Below are positions 9,713 through 19,086 of a stretch of DNA of 64,000 nt, piece by piece (the stretch's first letter is position 1; every line of letters begins with the position of its first letter). This DNA comes from a virus. Its lineage: Duplodnaviria; Caudoviricetes. The position numbers and the translations under genes are program-made. The DNA lies in IMG/VR virus record IMGVR_UViG_3300011423_000006, positions 1 to 64,000 of that record; one strand, 5' to 3'. The notes beneath the pieces are model-generated. The model was not told the DNA's origin. It did not search any database and was given only the letters and a program-made list of their open reading frames with translations.

Positions 9713-11134
9713 ATGATAGAAGTTACTGAATCACTGGCGGGTACCGAAATTCAAAAGCGCGGTCCCGGTAGACCAAGAAAAGAAACAAACATTGTGGTTC
9801 CTGTAGATGAACCGCAAAAAAAGCGTCGGCCTCGTTTTGAATTGCCGCCGCTACCAGTCATCGGGAAAAAAGAGAAAATCGAAATCTCTGTTCCTATTGA
9901 TAAGAATTCTTGGGGGCAAATTCCTCAAGGTTCCGAGCAAACCCTCAACGGATTAAAATTATATTATCTGTATGTGGATTTGGACAAATGGCCCGCCCGT
10001 CAAATCGGGGACTCGCCTAATCCTCGTTCGCATGATTCGACCGGCTGTTTAAAAACTCCGGTGGCTCACGCAATTCTGGAAACTCTTACGGAACGTCCCG
10101 AAAGTTTCTTCGCGGTTAATCGTGGAATCACGGTCTTAGCTGAAAAATTCGAAGTTAAGAACGGCACCGCCACGATTGTTATCAAAGGAGAAAATCAGGG
10201 AATTTGCGACGGCGCAACAACCGATAGTGTGATTAGCAAGGCTCAAATTTTGCTAAAGCAAAAAATCGAAAAAAATCAAGAACTTCCCGAAAATGAACGC
10301 GAAGAAATTCGCGATTATCTTAAAGAAGGAAAAGTTCGTGTCGAAATTATAATTGGCGCGACTGACCATGATTTTGTTGGTTGGGTCGTTGAAGGACGAA
10401 ACAGAAGCGTCTTGGTTAAATCTTTTTCTCTTGCGGATTTTCGCGGGGCATTTGATTGGATTAAAGATATTCTGGAAGACTCGGATTCAAAATATACAGG
10501 ACGGATCGCCTACGATGAAAACGCCGAAGGCTATCCTATTTTAAATATTTTAGCTCTTTTAAGTTTGTTCCATCGTGAATGGGATGATGAAAAGGGCGAA
10601 GTCCGAGCCCCAACGATTGCTTACGCTTCCAAGGGCAAATTAAGCGAACGGCTCATGAACGAAGAATTATTGCCGGGGTATAAATCCCTCGCCAAACTTC
10701 TTCCTGATATTTTAGAACTGCATGATTACGCATATTCTAATTTCAGTAAATACTACGACGAAGTTCATGAGAACAAAGCGACAAAACTTGGACGGCGCAA
10801 GGGCTTCCAGTCCCGAGCCAAGCCAACGGATGAAAAACTTACCCTGCCTTTAACGGGGGCTAAAAGCGACTACCAAATCGAAAATGGCATCCTGTTCCCA
10901 TATCTGGCAAGTCTACGCGCCTTAATTCGATATACACGCGAAGGCGAAGCCGTATGGCGCAAGTCTCCATTCAAATTCTTGGATGAGAATGGCCCTCGCT
11001 TGGTTAAGCATCTGATCGCTCAACTGGAATCAGTAGGCAACTCGCCCAATGAGCTAGGCAAGGAAAAGACCGCTTATGTCGCGTTACATCGCGAAGTTCT
11101 CTACGCTCTCCACAAGGAGAATGAAAAAGAATAA
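9713..11134 (+). CDS. AIPR family protein with N-terminal AT-hook
   Basis: PNPR, I.ETL.E.PE.FF..NRGIT, GICDGATT, RNRS..VK motifs of AIPR; KRGPGRPRK AT-hook. Confidence 0.8.
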   Translation: MIEVTESLAGTEIQKRGPGRPRKETNIVVPVDEPQKKRRPRFELPPLPVIGKKEKIEISVPIDKNSWGQIPQGSEQTLNGLKLYYLYVDLDKWPARQIGDSPNPRSHDSTGCLKTPVAHAILETLTERPESFFAVNRGITVLAEKFEVKNGTATIVIKGENQGICDGATTDSVISKAQILLKQKIEKNQELPENEREEIRDYLKEGKVRVEIIIGATDHDFVGWVVEGRNRSVLVKSFSLADFRGAFDWIKDILEDSDSKYTGRIAYDENAEGYPILNILALLSLFHREWDDEKGEVRAPTIAYASKGKLSERLMNEELLPGYKSLAKLLPDILELHDYAYSNFSKYYDEVHENKATKLGRRKGFQSRAKPTDEKLTLPLTGAKSDYQIENGILFPYLASLRALIRYTREGEAVWRKSPFKFLDENGPRLVKHLIAQLESVGNSPNELGKEKTAYVALHREVLYALHKENEKE

Positions 11135-11157
11135 ATTCTTACACCAACTAAACTAAC

Positions 11158-11183
11158 AAAGGGGCGAGGCGACTCGCCTTTTT
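11158..11183 (+). terminator. terminator of AIPR gene
   Basis: ggcgag-gcga-ctcgcc then ttttt. Confidence 0.75.
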
Positions 11184-11190
11184 GCTGTAC

Positions 11191-11216
11191 AAAAAAAGAC
11201 CGGTTTTATCCGGTCC
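11191..11216 (-). terminator. convergent minus-strand terminator
   Basis: gaccgg-ataaaa-ccggtc then T7. Confidence 0.75.
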
Positions 11217-11241
11217 TCTGTGCCTGATTTTTTATTTTAAC

Positions 11242-11463
11242 TTACCTAGAACGTAATTGCGGAATCACGCCCCAAGATTCGCTCCTGCTCCAGTCCACTT
11301 CTATTTTTGAGGGTTTTCGTCCCAACAGCAAGGCCAAAGCTTCTTTAGCCGCCGCCTGTTCCTCACGTTCCGTCTTATTTGTTGCGTGTTTCGTATTATC
11401 TGCTACTGCCGCGACGAGTCGGTTCAAAACTCGTATTGCCTCTAACGTTTCGCTGTTCTGCAT
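11242..11463 (-). CDS. hypothetical protein
   Basis: ORF preceded by TTGGAT-17-GATAAT (11472-11500). Confidence 0.6.
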   Translation of the reverse strand: MQNSETLEAIRVLNRLVAAVADNTKHATNKTEREEQAAAKEALALLLGRKPSKIEVDWSRSESWGVIPQLRSR

Positions 11464-11620
11464 AACTACTCATTATCCTTCTTTAGTTGGCTCGATCCAA
11501 GCCCTTTTCCACTAGGGTTTAAGCGGGTCAACGGGCTTGTCTCTGATATAATCCTAAGGGATTTCCCGAAAATAAGAAAGGACTAAATTTCATGAAATTA
11601 AAACTTTTCCTCTTGACAGA

Positions 11621-11824
11621 CTATTCCCCCCGTAATTTCTTGATGATATCGAAGTATTTACCATTCCCCACGATATTTAAAACATTAATGATAATATTAA
11701 TGTCTTCTTTAGAAAGTTGGACGGCTTTTGTATGATCTTCGGCGGCAACAACTTTAGGAGCTTCAATTTTTGGTTCTTGAACTTCTATATGCGCCCACAC
11801 ATGTTTTTCGGCTTTCTTTTCCAT
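11621..11824 (-). CDS. hypothetical protein
   Basis: ORF preceded by GTGTAA motif. Confidence 0.55.
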   Translation of the reverse strand: MEKKAEKHVWAHIEVQEPKIEAPKVVAAEDHTKAVQLSKEDINIIINVLNIVGNGKYFDIIKKLRGE

Positions 11825-11836
11825 AATTTATATATT

Positions 11837-12568
11837 TTACACTATTTTATGACTGTCCAGCAAAGGTTTATAGACTTCGTAACATAGTTCATTAGCTAAG
11901 TTTTCATCAAACTCAGTATTAAAATTTCTATTATCATACGCATTAACTAATAATTCTTCCCATCGGGCGGCAAACGCGTTTAATTCTTCTTTGGTATAAA
12001 ATTGAGGACGAGTTTTTATATCTAATAATTTTTCTCCAATAATAACATTTATCTCCATTACGTTTACAGGAAAAAAACCCTCGCCAAAATAAACCGTCCC
12101 GGCCCAAGCCAAACGAATTAATTGGATAAAATTTTTGGGGCTAAAACCATAGGTATCAACGGCTTCCTTGCGTTTGCCGCCCAATTTTCCGGTCCTTTCC
12201 CCATTAGCGAGCCTCAATTCGCTCTGCATATACCCCCTAAGCACGTTAAAAAGCTTCGTGGATGACACTAAACTTACCCGATGATGCCGCACCTTGGCCC
12301 AAATGGGGTCTAAAAGTTCCCACTTGTTATTATACAAAGCTTCGATCATTTGAGTATTCCCTGATCGTAGCAATCTTAAAGCATTTCTAAACTCAATATA
12401 AACTTTGTCTTCTTGAGTATTTTGATTTTGCTTCATTTCATTTTTATCTAAACCAATAATGGAAGCAATATCGGTATCAACATAAACCCCGCGCTCATCT
12501 CGATCACTAGCGGGAGTGTTCAAACCGTACGAATGACTACCGCCAAGGTAACTGCATATAATCTTCAT
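11837..12568 (-). CDS. DNA pol-beta superfamily nucleotidyltransferase (RlaP/YcgL-like)
   Basis: GSHSYGLNTPASDRDERGVY; GFSPKNFIQLIRL. Confidence 0.8.
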   Translation of the reverse strand: MKIICSYLGGSHSYGLNTPASDRDERGVYVDTDIASIIGLDKNEMKQNQNTQEDKVYIEFRNALRLLRSGNTQMIEALYNNKWELLDPIWAKVRHHRVSLVSSTKLFNVLRGYMQSELRLANGERTGKLGGKRKEAVDTYGFSPKNFIQLIRLAWAGTVYFGEGFFPVNVMEINVIIGEKLLDIKTRPQFYTKEELNAFAARWEELLVNAYDNRNFNTEFDENLANELCYEVYKPLLDSHKIV

Positions 12569-12571
12569 AAT

Positions 12572-12877
12572 TTATTTATACCAACGCACATAATCTACGC
12601 GTGCTCCGTCTTTTAATCGTACCCCATCTCCATATCCTATCTCAAAACCATCCGTCCTTAATTTAACCAAAACCTCAGAATATTCATTAGAAATAGGAAA
12701 AATATCGGGGTCCAATCCTATACCAAATAATCCTAATTTCGCCGCTTTTCTGCATTCAGCAATTATTTCATTATAAATCTTATAAATTAAAGCAGAATCA
12801 AGGTTTTCCTTCTTCTTTTTTTCTATTTCTGCTTTGCTTTTTTTAGAAATTTCTCGTAATTCTTCAATTAATTTCAT
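12572..12877 (-). CDS. hypothetical protein
   Basis: Co-oriented ORF. Confidence 0.55.
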   Translation of the reverse strand: MKLIEELREISKKSKAEIEKKKKENLDSALIYKIYNEIIAECRKAAKLGLFGIGLDPDIFPISNEYSEVLVKLRTDGFEIGYGDGVRLKDGARVDYVRWYK

Positions 12878-13030
12878 ATTTTTTCAAAACCGGGGCAACC
12901 GCCGAACCTATTTTTCGCACGCCAAACTTCTCCGTTACACCATTCGGTTTGTTTATTTAATTTGGAACACCAGCCAATTTTAATCTCGGGGCGGGTTTCT
13001 TTCCAATTTTTACAATTAATACAATAAATT

Positions 13031-13432
13031 TTATCTTTCACTTAACTTTTCATTATTTTCCCAATATTTATTCCGAGCCCGATTAATTTTTGCCTCTAAT
13101 TCCTGATAAGCTGAATCGTATTTTTGTTTTTGTCTAGTTAGAAAAACATCGATATCTTCCAAATTTTTAAATTTCTTAGCAAATTCAACCATTTCATCGA
13201 AACTACCCAAAACAGGATGATCTAATTTTAAATCAGATTTTTTACGCGGGGAAAAAGCAAAAAATTTTTCTAATATATGCCATACCCCATAACGTTTATA
13301 TTCTATGCAATAAAAAGGGTCTGACCTATCCTCAAGATAAGGACGCACCCGGATTCTAAATGGCTCCGGTTCCGAAGTAACTCCCGGTGTCCCGTCGAAC
13401 ATTCCCAAAAATCCTTTAATTAATTTAATCAT
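13031..13432 (-). CDS. hypothetical protein
   Basis: Co-oriented ORF. Confidence 0.55.
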   Translation of the reverse strand: MIKLIKGFLGMFDGTPGVTSEPEPFRIRVRPYLEDRSDPFYCIEYKRYGVWHILEKFFAFSPRKKSDLKLDHPVLGSFDEMVEFAKKFKNLEDIDVFLTRQKQKYDSAYQELEAKINRARNKYWENNEKLSER

Positions 13433-13751
13433 TTAATTTCACTTTCTCAATTTCCTTCCGACAAACTTCCAAAGCGTTCTCTATCTTAGTATTTCGATCA
13501 TGAACGATTGCCGCTTCTTTTAAAGAATCTAAAGCGGGCGTTCCATAAGCCGTACATTCAGCGTAATAATATTTAGAGCCGCCGTTATCTCCCGGCTGAC
13601 TAGTAATAATTGGGTCATCAATATGAATTTGATAAGTTTTGCCGACTTCTAAATGATAAATTAACAAACGCACCGCATTATTAACTGCTTCTCGTTTAGC
13701 GTATGCTTCTTCTGAATTATTACTTTGGCCGGTAAATGTTTGGTATGGCAT
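13425..13751 (-). CDS. hypothetical protein
   Basis: Co-oriented ORF. Confidence 0.55.
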   Translation of the reverse strand: MPYQTFTGQSNNSEEAYAKREAVNNAVRLLIYHLEVGKTYQIHIDDPIITSQPGDNGGSKYYYAECTAYGTPALDSLKEAAIVHDRNTKIENALEVCRKEIEKVKLND

Positions 13752-13753
13752 AA

Positions 13754-13984
13754 TTATTCTTTATTATCTAAATATTTTAGGTATCCAGAATCATAATAAG
13801 CTGGAAAATAAGTTCCGTCTGTATGGGATTGCGGCCCAATAGGTATAAAAATAGGAGTCGCTTCGGCGGGAGATTTGGAAAGCGGCGGCAAATTCGCATA
13901 TTTAACATTATTTTTCCAATAAACATGATAATCATTATGTTCGTCAACAATAGAAAACAATCTACAAAATAATTTTTTATTCAT
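13754..13984 (-). CDS. hypothetical protein
   Basis: Co-oriented ORF. Confidence 0.5.
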   Translation of the reverse strand: MNKKLFCRLFSIVDEHNDYHVYWKNNVKYANLPPLSKSPAEATPIFIPIGPQSHTDGTYFPAYYDSGYLKYLDNKE

Positions 13985-13986
13985 AA

Positions 13987-14499
13987 TTATAATTTAAAAA
14001 ATGTTTCCGGCGTCACGATCCAATCTTCGGTTGGTTCGTATTGCCAGTATTTAATATTAAACGATTCTTTGTAAATTTTATTACCGTCCCGAATAACAGC
14101 GCGATTTGAAAACCTATCTTTGTGCAACATAATTGTCCTTTCTAAATCATGAATAGCTAAAACAAAAATCTCATAATTATGAGGGCATCCACGATCTGCC
14201 CAAGGATGATCTTTAGCCCATGTATTAGCATAAAAATCTATAAAAACAGCCCCGCGCCCAAGGGTTTTAAATCTCCACAAAGACTCAAAACTCAAATCAA
14301 CCAACAAAGCTTTTAAAGGGTCTGTTAAATGAGGATTATATAAATAAACATAAGCCTTATCTAAATGTTTTTTAGGAACTCTTTCCCCCTTATAAGCAAA
14401 TCCGCAACAGGACATTGTAACAGAAAATCCTAATAAGGATAATCCTACTACTACTTTTTTAATTGGTTCGTCTATATGGTCTTCTAATAAGTTAGTCAT
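13987..14499 (-). CDS. hypothetical protein, weak TYW3-like N-terminus
   Basis: IDEPIKKVV..L...GF..TMSCCG. Confidence 0.45.
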   Translation of the reverse strand: MTNLLEDHIDEPIKKVVVGLSLLGFSVTMSCCGFAYKGERVPKKHLDKAYVYLYNPHLTDPLKALLVDLSFESLWRFKTLGRGAVFIDFYANTWAKDHPWADRGCPHNYEIFVLAIHDLERTIMLHKDRFSNRAVIRDGNKIYKESFNIKYWQYEPTEDWIVTPETFFKL

Positions 14500-14583
14500 A
14501 TTTTCTCGTTTTCAAATACATTAAACTCACACCCACACTTCGGACACTTTACATGATAGTGTTTGCTTTCGCAAACGAAACAT

Positions 14584-15063
14584 TCAAATAGCAATAGGAA
14601 TTCGGTATTTTGGTATAAACATTTCTTCGATGGATTTGGACAATGAAACTTGATTTTTATCATACTCTAAATCATAAACTATTTGGTCTAAATCTAACCC
14701 GCTCACATAATGATGCGGGGCGGCTTTCTCGGAGGGAAGAAAATGTTCGTATCGAATCGCCTCGCTCCGTTGTGTAATTAAATTCCGAATTGCTTTCTTG
14801 GCCTGCCAGAATTTCTTGATACAAGGAACGGAATTCCCGTAAATCCTTGCTGATGAATCCTTTAGCCATTTATTAAATAAAGTTTGGGTTGACCAGCAAA
14901 ACGCAAAATAAGGGGCCGAATCTCCATTCATCCAAATCAAACGGCCATTTGTTGCTTTTAAATTCCACAAACTATAATATTGACATAAAACTTCATTTCT
15001 ATCTTGCGAACTGAAGCCGACTGCAATAGTTTCTCCGATTGAGTGTAAAATTATATCTACCAT
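14584..15063 (-). CDS. hypothetical protein
   Basis: Co-oriented ORF. Confidence 0.55.
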   Translation of the reverse strand: MVDIILHSIGETIAVGFSSQDRNEVLCQYYSLWNLKATNGRLIWMNGDSAPYFAFCWSTQTLFNKWLKDSSARIYGNSVPCIKKFWQAKKAIRNLITQRSEAIRYEHFLPSEKAAPHHYVSGLDLDQIVYDLEYDKNQVSLSKSIEEMFIPKYRIPIAI

Positions 15064-15231
15064 ATGAAAAAATCTAAAATTAAAACAAGAATTTTATTAC
15101 CTAGTTATTCTGTTGTATCCAGAATACATAAAAAATTAAAAGGGCGGGGGAGTTATCAACGAAAACCAAAGTTTAGGGACTCACATAACCCTCTTGATAC
15201 CACCGGGAATAGGCAAGAACCGGCTTCTTGA
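15064..15231 (+). CDS. ArfA-like (alternative ribosome rescue factor) peptide, 55 aa, not in ORF track
   Basis: MKKSKIKTRILLPSYSVVSRIHKKLKGRGSYQRKPKF...; compare ArfA motif KKGKGSYxRK; preceded by GTGTAA motif. Confidence 0.6.
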   Translation: MKKSKIKTRILLPSYSVVSRIHKKLKGRGSYQRKPKFRDSHNPLDTTGNRQEPAS

Positions 15232-15421
15232 CGGCCTTTGGGCGTTCCTCCACAAGCCCCCGACAATGCGCCCGATCATGCTCATGACACGAAATCGAAT
15301 ATCCGCGCCGGTCGAAACAATTTATATTATCAAATTTAGTAGGCAAACACCCGTAATTTTGAATTTGATCTGCTTCTTCGGTAATTCCTTCGTTAAATGG
15401 ACAAGTAATACATTTATTCAT
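15173..15421 (-). CDS. small Cys-rich protein
   Basis: CITCPF, YGCLP, SCH, CRG. Confidence 0.55.
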   Translation of the reverse strand: MNKCITCPFNEGITEEADQIQNYGCLPTKFDNINCFDRRGYSISCHEHDRAHCRGLVEERPKAVKKPVLAYSRWYQEGYVSP

Positions 15422-15423
15422 AA

Positions 15424-15720
15424 TTAATCACGTTCTATATCAGGATGCTCTAACAATCTTTCGTTTTCCTCTCTCAAAGCAGCGTTCTCTTTAGTTAATC
15501 TTTCTATTTCTCTTTGGGGACTAACATATTCTGTCTTGGGATTATGGCGGCAACTAATAAATTTCTTGCACAACTCAAGCTCTACCGCCGAATCCCGTTT
15601 GGGCGGCTCATACCCCTCAGGAAGCGTTTTATACAATTCCTCGTCATCCAGCCAGCACCGATCATCGCCCCGTTGATCCCGATGTTTCCGAATGGCTTGT
15701 TCATAAATTTCTTTATTCAC
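15424..15720 (-). CDS. hypothetical protein
   Basis: HRDQRGDDRCWLDD motif, coiled-coil tail. Confidence 0.6.
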   Translation of the reverse strand: MNKEIYEQAIRKHRDQRGDDRCWLDDEELYKTLPEGYEPPKRDSAVELELCKKFISCRHNPKTEYVSPQREIERLTKENAALREENERLLEHPDIERD

Positions 15721-15981
15721 AATATGTTATCCAATAATTGAATAGTTTGATTTAACGTATAAAGAATATTAGTAAGGTCTGCATGTACGATTTTTAACAC
15801 ATTTCTCAATTTTGCTACTTCTCTTAGAGATTTATCTGTTTTCTTAACATGTTTTTTCATGATTCTAAAAATTCCTCCAATTCTTCTAAAATCGCATCCT
15901 TATCTTCTTCTTCAATATTATCCCACCAATCATCAAATCCTTTATAACCAGTTAAAAAATTAATAATTTCCAAAGGAGTTT

Positions 15982-16332
15982 TCATAATTTATATAATTTT
16001 AACACCGGAGGGCCAGCATGTTCCGCCACCACTTCTAAAAATAAATCTCTCTCCGAAGCTATCTCAACTGCTTCACTATATTTCATAATCCCCAACTGAT
16101 CATTATTTTCATCGACCAGCCTAATATCCGCATTATTTGTAAGTAAATCAATCGCTTTTTCTGTTTTTGTGATATTTTTTTGAATTGTTGGATTCAGAGC
16201 CGCTTGACACATAAGTAAAACCGTTTCATCATGGGGTCTAAACTTTACTCCTAAACTTGTTAGATTATTATAAAATTCTATAATATCTTTTAAAGTTTGT
16301 TCTAACCTTTTACGTTTTTTATGATTAGGCAT
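15982..16332 (-). CDS. protein carrying only the IF-3 N-terminal domain
   Basis: IRLVDENNDQLGIMKYSEAVEIASERDLFLEVVAEHAGPPVLKL matches the IF3_N consensus. Confidence 0.75.
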   Translation of the reverse strand: MPNHKKRKRLEQTLKDIIEFYNNLTSLGVKFRPHDETVLLMCQAALNPTIQKNITKTEKAIDLLTNNADIRLVDENNDQLGIMKYSEAVEIASERDLFLEVVAEHAGPPVLKLYKL

Positions 16333-16334
16333 AT

Positions 16335-16739
16335 TTACCGAATAAATTCCAAATCTATTCCATGTTTTATATTTTTACAAATTTGACATTGAAAATCCGC
16401 CACGCCCCATGTTCCTAATTCCTGATCACTAATGCAACTCATTTCATTATTACAACATAATAATAAAGGATGAATTTCATCTTTTAAAATTTCTTCTTCC
16501 AAAGAGGGCGCGTGTCCCCACTTGTCTACGTTCTCGTTCTCAAAGTCTTCCCAACTGAAATGAGCCTTGCACTTGAGACAGTCCACGCCCGTTTTCTCAT
16601 GATGGGCGCGATTATCAACCCCAATACTGATCACTTGCCCGCAGTCAGGACAAGCCCAATGCCGACGCATCCAGAAAGGCTTCATTTGCAATATGCGGCT
16701 GTAGTTATAATTAAAAGAATTAAAAACACACCCCACCAA
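16335..16739 (-). CDS. zinc-finger protein (start probably about 16685)
   Basis: CPDC, CLKC, CQIC pairs. Confidence 0.55.
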   Translation of the reverse strand: MVGCVFNSFNYNYSRILQMKPFWMRRHWACPDCGQVISIGVDNRAHHEKTGVDCLKCKAHFSWEDFENENVDKWGHAPSLEEEILKDEIHPLLLCCNNEMSCISDQELGTWGVADFQCQICKNIKHGIDLEFIR

Positions 16740-16892
16740 AAAATATCCATTTTACTTATTTTGGATTGCGGAAAACAAGAGTCTACATCCTGTGACCAAC
16801 AATCATAACAAACCGGCGAATCATTTGTTGATTCATACTCTTTGTTACAATCAATACAAATTTTCATGAATCCTTTTTAGTCCTAATATCTG

Positions 16893-17132
16893 TTATTTAC
16901 TAAATTCAAGTTTTCTAATCGCTACATGTTCTTCTTTACGTTGAGGCGAACTGAGCTTACGAATCACCGAGGGCGTAAGTTCGGACAAGTCCGAGGGCTC
17001 ACCTTTGGCAATGATCACCCCGTAAGCGGCATCCACTCTTAACGTTACATCGGGCTCAAAAACTTCATTTAATTGTTTTAAAGTAACATTAATGAATTTT
17101 GATTTATTTCTACTTCCTTTTCGGCGCGGCAT
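16893..17132 (-). CDS. small basic DNA-binding-like protein
   Basis: MPRRKGSRNK N-terminus; coupled to the RuvB-like gene. Confidence 0.5.
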   Translation of the reverse strand: MPRRKGSRNKSKFINVTLKQLNEVFEPDVTLRVDAAYGVIIAKGEPSDLSELTPSVIRKLSSPQRKEEHVAIRKLEFSK

Positions 17133-17137
17133 AATAT

Positions 17138-18055
17138 TTATTTAGTTAAATTCTTACTTAGATAATTCATCCCCTCATCCGTAATCCTTCGCCCGTTCTC
17201 AACGTCGATCAAATCATGAGCTAAAAGCGTGCGCTCAAAGTCTCGTTGCGCCGACGCTGTAAATCCAGATTTCGCGGCCAGCCTCGTTAGGCTCGCGTTC
17301 CGTGATTTAGCAATAGAATGCAAAATTTGCACTTCCAATTCCGTTAATCCATATTGATAGACGTTTAATATGTTAATCAATTCCTTTGCGCCTGTCAAAT
17401 CCAAGGTAGTTTTTCCTACATTTCCACAGTAATCAGCCGCTTCCTGTCCTAAGGTAATAGCTGAACGGGCATTCGATCTAACGTGCTGAACCAGATAATT
17501 CAGGACTTCGGACGGCAACCTAATCCCGGTCGCGCCCCGTTCAACAATCGCCGCCAACTCTGGCAATGTATAATCCACCAAAGTAATTTCCTTTAAACGG
17601 TTTCGCAAAGGAGTTAATACTTTTTGACTCTCGGTTGTCGCCGCCAAAAAAGTAAATTGTCGAAAATCAATATCAAAAGTAGACCCACCGTAACGAATTG
17701 TGTTTCGATGATTAACATTATTAGCCAAAATAGGAAGAAGAAATTCCGCCACCGATTTCTTCAGCGTGTGAATCTCATCCAAAATTAAAGTAACATCTTT
17801 ATTAATAGCGTATCTTAATAAAATGCAATCGAAAAAATAATCAATAGATTCTATAGTTTCAGCGTGAATTTCATACGCGGGTTTTTTTAATTTCTCCGCA
17901 ATCGCCGCGCATAACATACTCTTGCCCTGTCCTCTAGGGGCTAAGAATAAAATATTACGATGAATGCTTGTTCTTTTAAAAGTCGTATAGTAATGAGACA
18001 AAAGCTTGCGGGCTTTCGCCTGTCCAATACAACTTGCCGAATAATGGTCTTTCAT
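17138..18055 (-). CDS. ruvB: RuvB-like AAA+ ATPase
   Basis: IGQ, APRGQGKS Walker A, LILDEIH Walker B, FTFLAATT, PLRNR, C-terminal GL...E..L....GRRIT. Confidence 0.75.
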   Translation of the reverse strand: MKDHYSASCIGQAKARKLLSHYYTTFKRTSIHRNILFLAPRGQGKSMLCAAIAEKLKKPAYEIHAETIESIDYFFDCILLRYAINKDVTLILDEIHTLKKSVAEFLLPILANNVNHRNTIRYGGSTFDIDFRQFTFLAATTESQKVLTPLRNRLKEITLVDYTLPELAAIVERGATGIRLPSEVLNYLVQHVRSNARSAITLGQEAADYCGNVGKTTLDLTGAKELINILNVYQYGLTELEVQILHSIAKSRNASLTRLAAKSGFTASAQRDFERTLLAHDLIDVENGRRITDEGMNYLSKNLTK

Positions 18056-18130
18056 GTGACTCCCTACACGCTAACAGCTTTGCGCCGGATCGTCAAGCCC
18101 TTCTCTACGATATTCTATGACAAAATATGT

Positions 18131-18514
18131 TTACTTGGATTTACGGCGCTTTTTGACCGGTTTCTGAAGTTGAGCCAAAAATTCCTGCCTATTTTTTACA
18201 CCCATTACTTTATATAGTTTTTTTTCTAATGCAATAATGGCGGCTTCTTCAAAATCAGCTTTTTTAATTAAATATTCTAATTTTTGAATTAATTCCTCGG
18301 ATTTTTTTTCGTAATTGGCTTTAATCGGCCCTTCATCCAATTTATCCATTTCCGCCAACACTTTATCTACTTGGTCTTTCCAAAAATCGACACTTTTACT
18401 AATTAAATTCGCTTCCTCATCTAATTGTTTACATAGTTTGTTTTTTTCTTTTTCTGTCATAAAATTTTTGTTTTCCGTCCAACCGAAGCAGAAAATTTGT
18501 CTTCTAAATCCCAA
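18131..18514 (-). CDS. coiled-coil hypothetical protein (start probably 18460)
   Basis: K/E-rich helix. Confidence 0.55.
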   Translation of the reverse strand: MGFRRQIFCFGWTENKNFMTEKEKNKLCKQLDEEANLISKSVDFWKDQVDKVLAEMDKLDEGPIKANYEKKSEELIQKLEYLIKKADFEEAAIIALEKKLYKVMGVKNRQEFLAQLQKPVKKRRKSK

Positions 18515-18657
18515 GTTTCTTGTAATTCTTTAGAATATTTTGGTTTTAAATCATTCCAATCAATCGCATCGTAATTTTCATTAAACTTCTTAATATTTAC
18601 GGGTCGATACTTATCCCCCTTCCCGGCTCCATGCTTATTTGGCAGTTTTTCACTCAT
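18457..18657 (-). CDS. small conserved phage protein
   Basis: GAGKGDKYRPV..KKFNENYDAIDW. Confidence 0.6.
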   Translation of the reverse strand: MSEKLPNKHGAGKGDKYRPVNIKKFNENYDAIDWNDLKPKYSKELQETWDLEDKFSASVGRKTKIL

Positions 18658-18666
18658 AATTGGGCC

Positions 18667-19086
18667 TTAGTCCATTGATGGGCTAATACGAATTACATCG
18701 TTGGGATTATCATGCGTTGAAGCTTCGAAAATTTGAGATTCGTCTTCTAATGCAACTAATTGATGCGGAACGCCCCGAGACAAATGAACTATATCTCCCT
18801 TTTTAATAATTTGATGGACGACATTCCCCTTGTTATCATAATAAAAAAATTCGAAAGACCCCGCAAAACAAAACCATGTCTCATGTTTATTTCTATGAAA
18901 ATGATCACTGGAATAATTTCCTCTTTGGGAATAATAAAGAATTTTCGCGCAATACCTATCATTAGAAATGATAATTCGTTCTTCTCCCCATGTTTTTACA
19001 ATTATTGATAAATAAGCAAACATCGGGGCGAAAAAATCACCTAAAGTAGTTATATCTATACTACGAATTTTATCACATTCTTTCAT
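18667..19086 (-). CDS. cupin protein (sugar isomerase-like)
   Basis: KTWGEE, SDHFH..KHETW, GVPHQL, EASTHD. Confidence 0.75.
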   Translation of the reverse strand: MKECDKIRSIDITTLGDFFAPMFAYLSIIVKTWGEERIIISNDRYCAKILYYSQRGNYSSDHFHRNKHETWFCFAGSFEFFYYDNKGNVVHQIIKKGDIVHLSRGVPHQLVALEDESQIFEASTHDNPNDVIRISPSMD

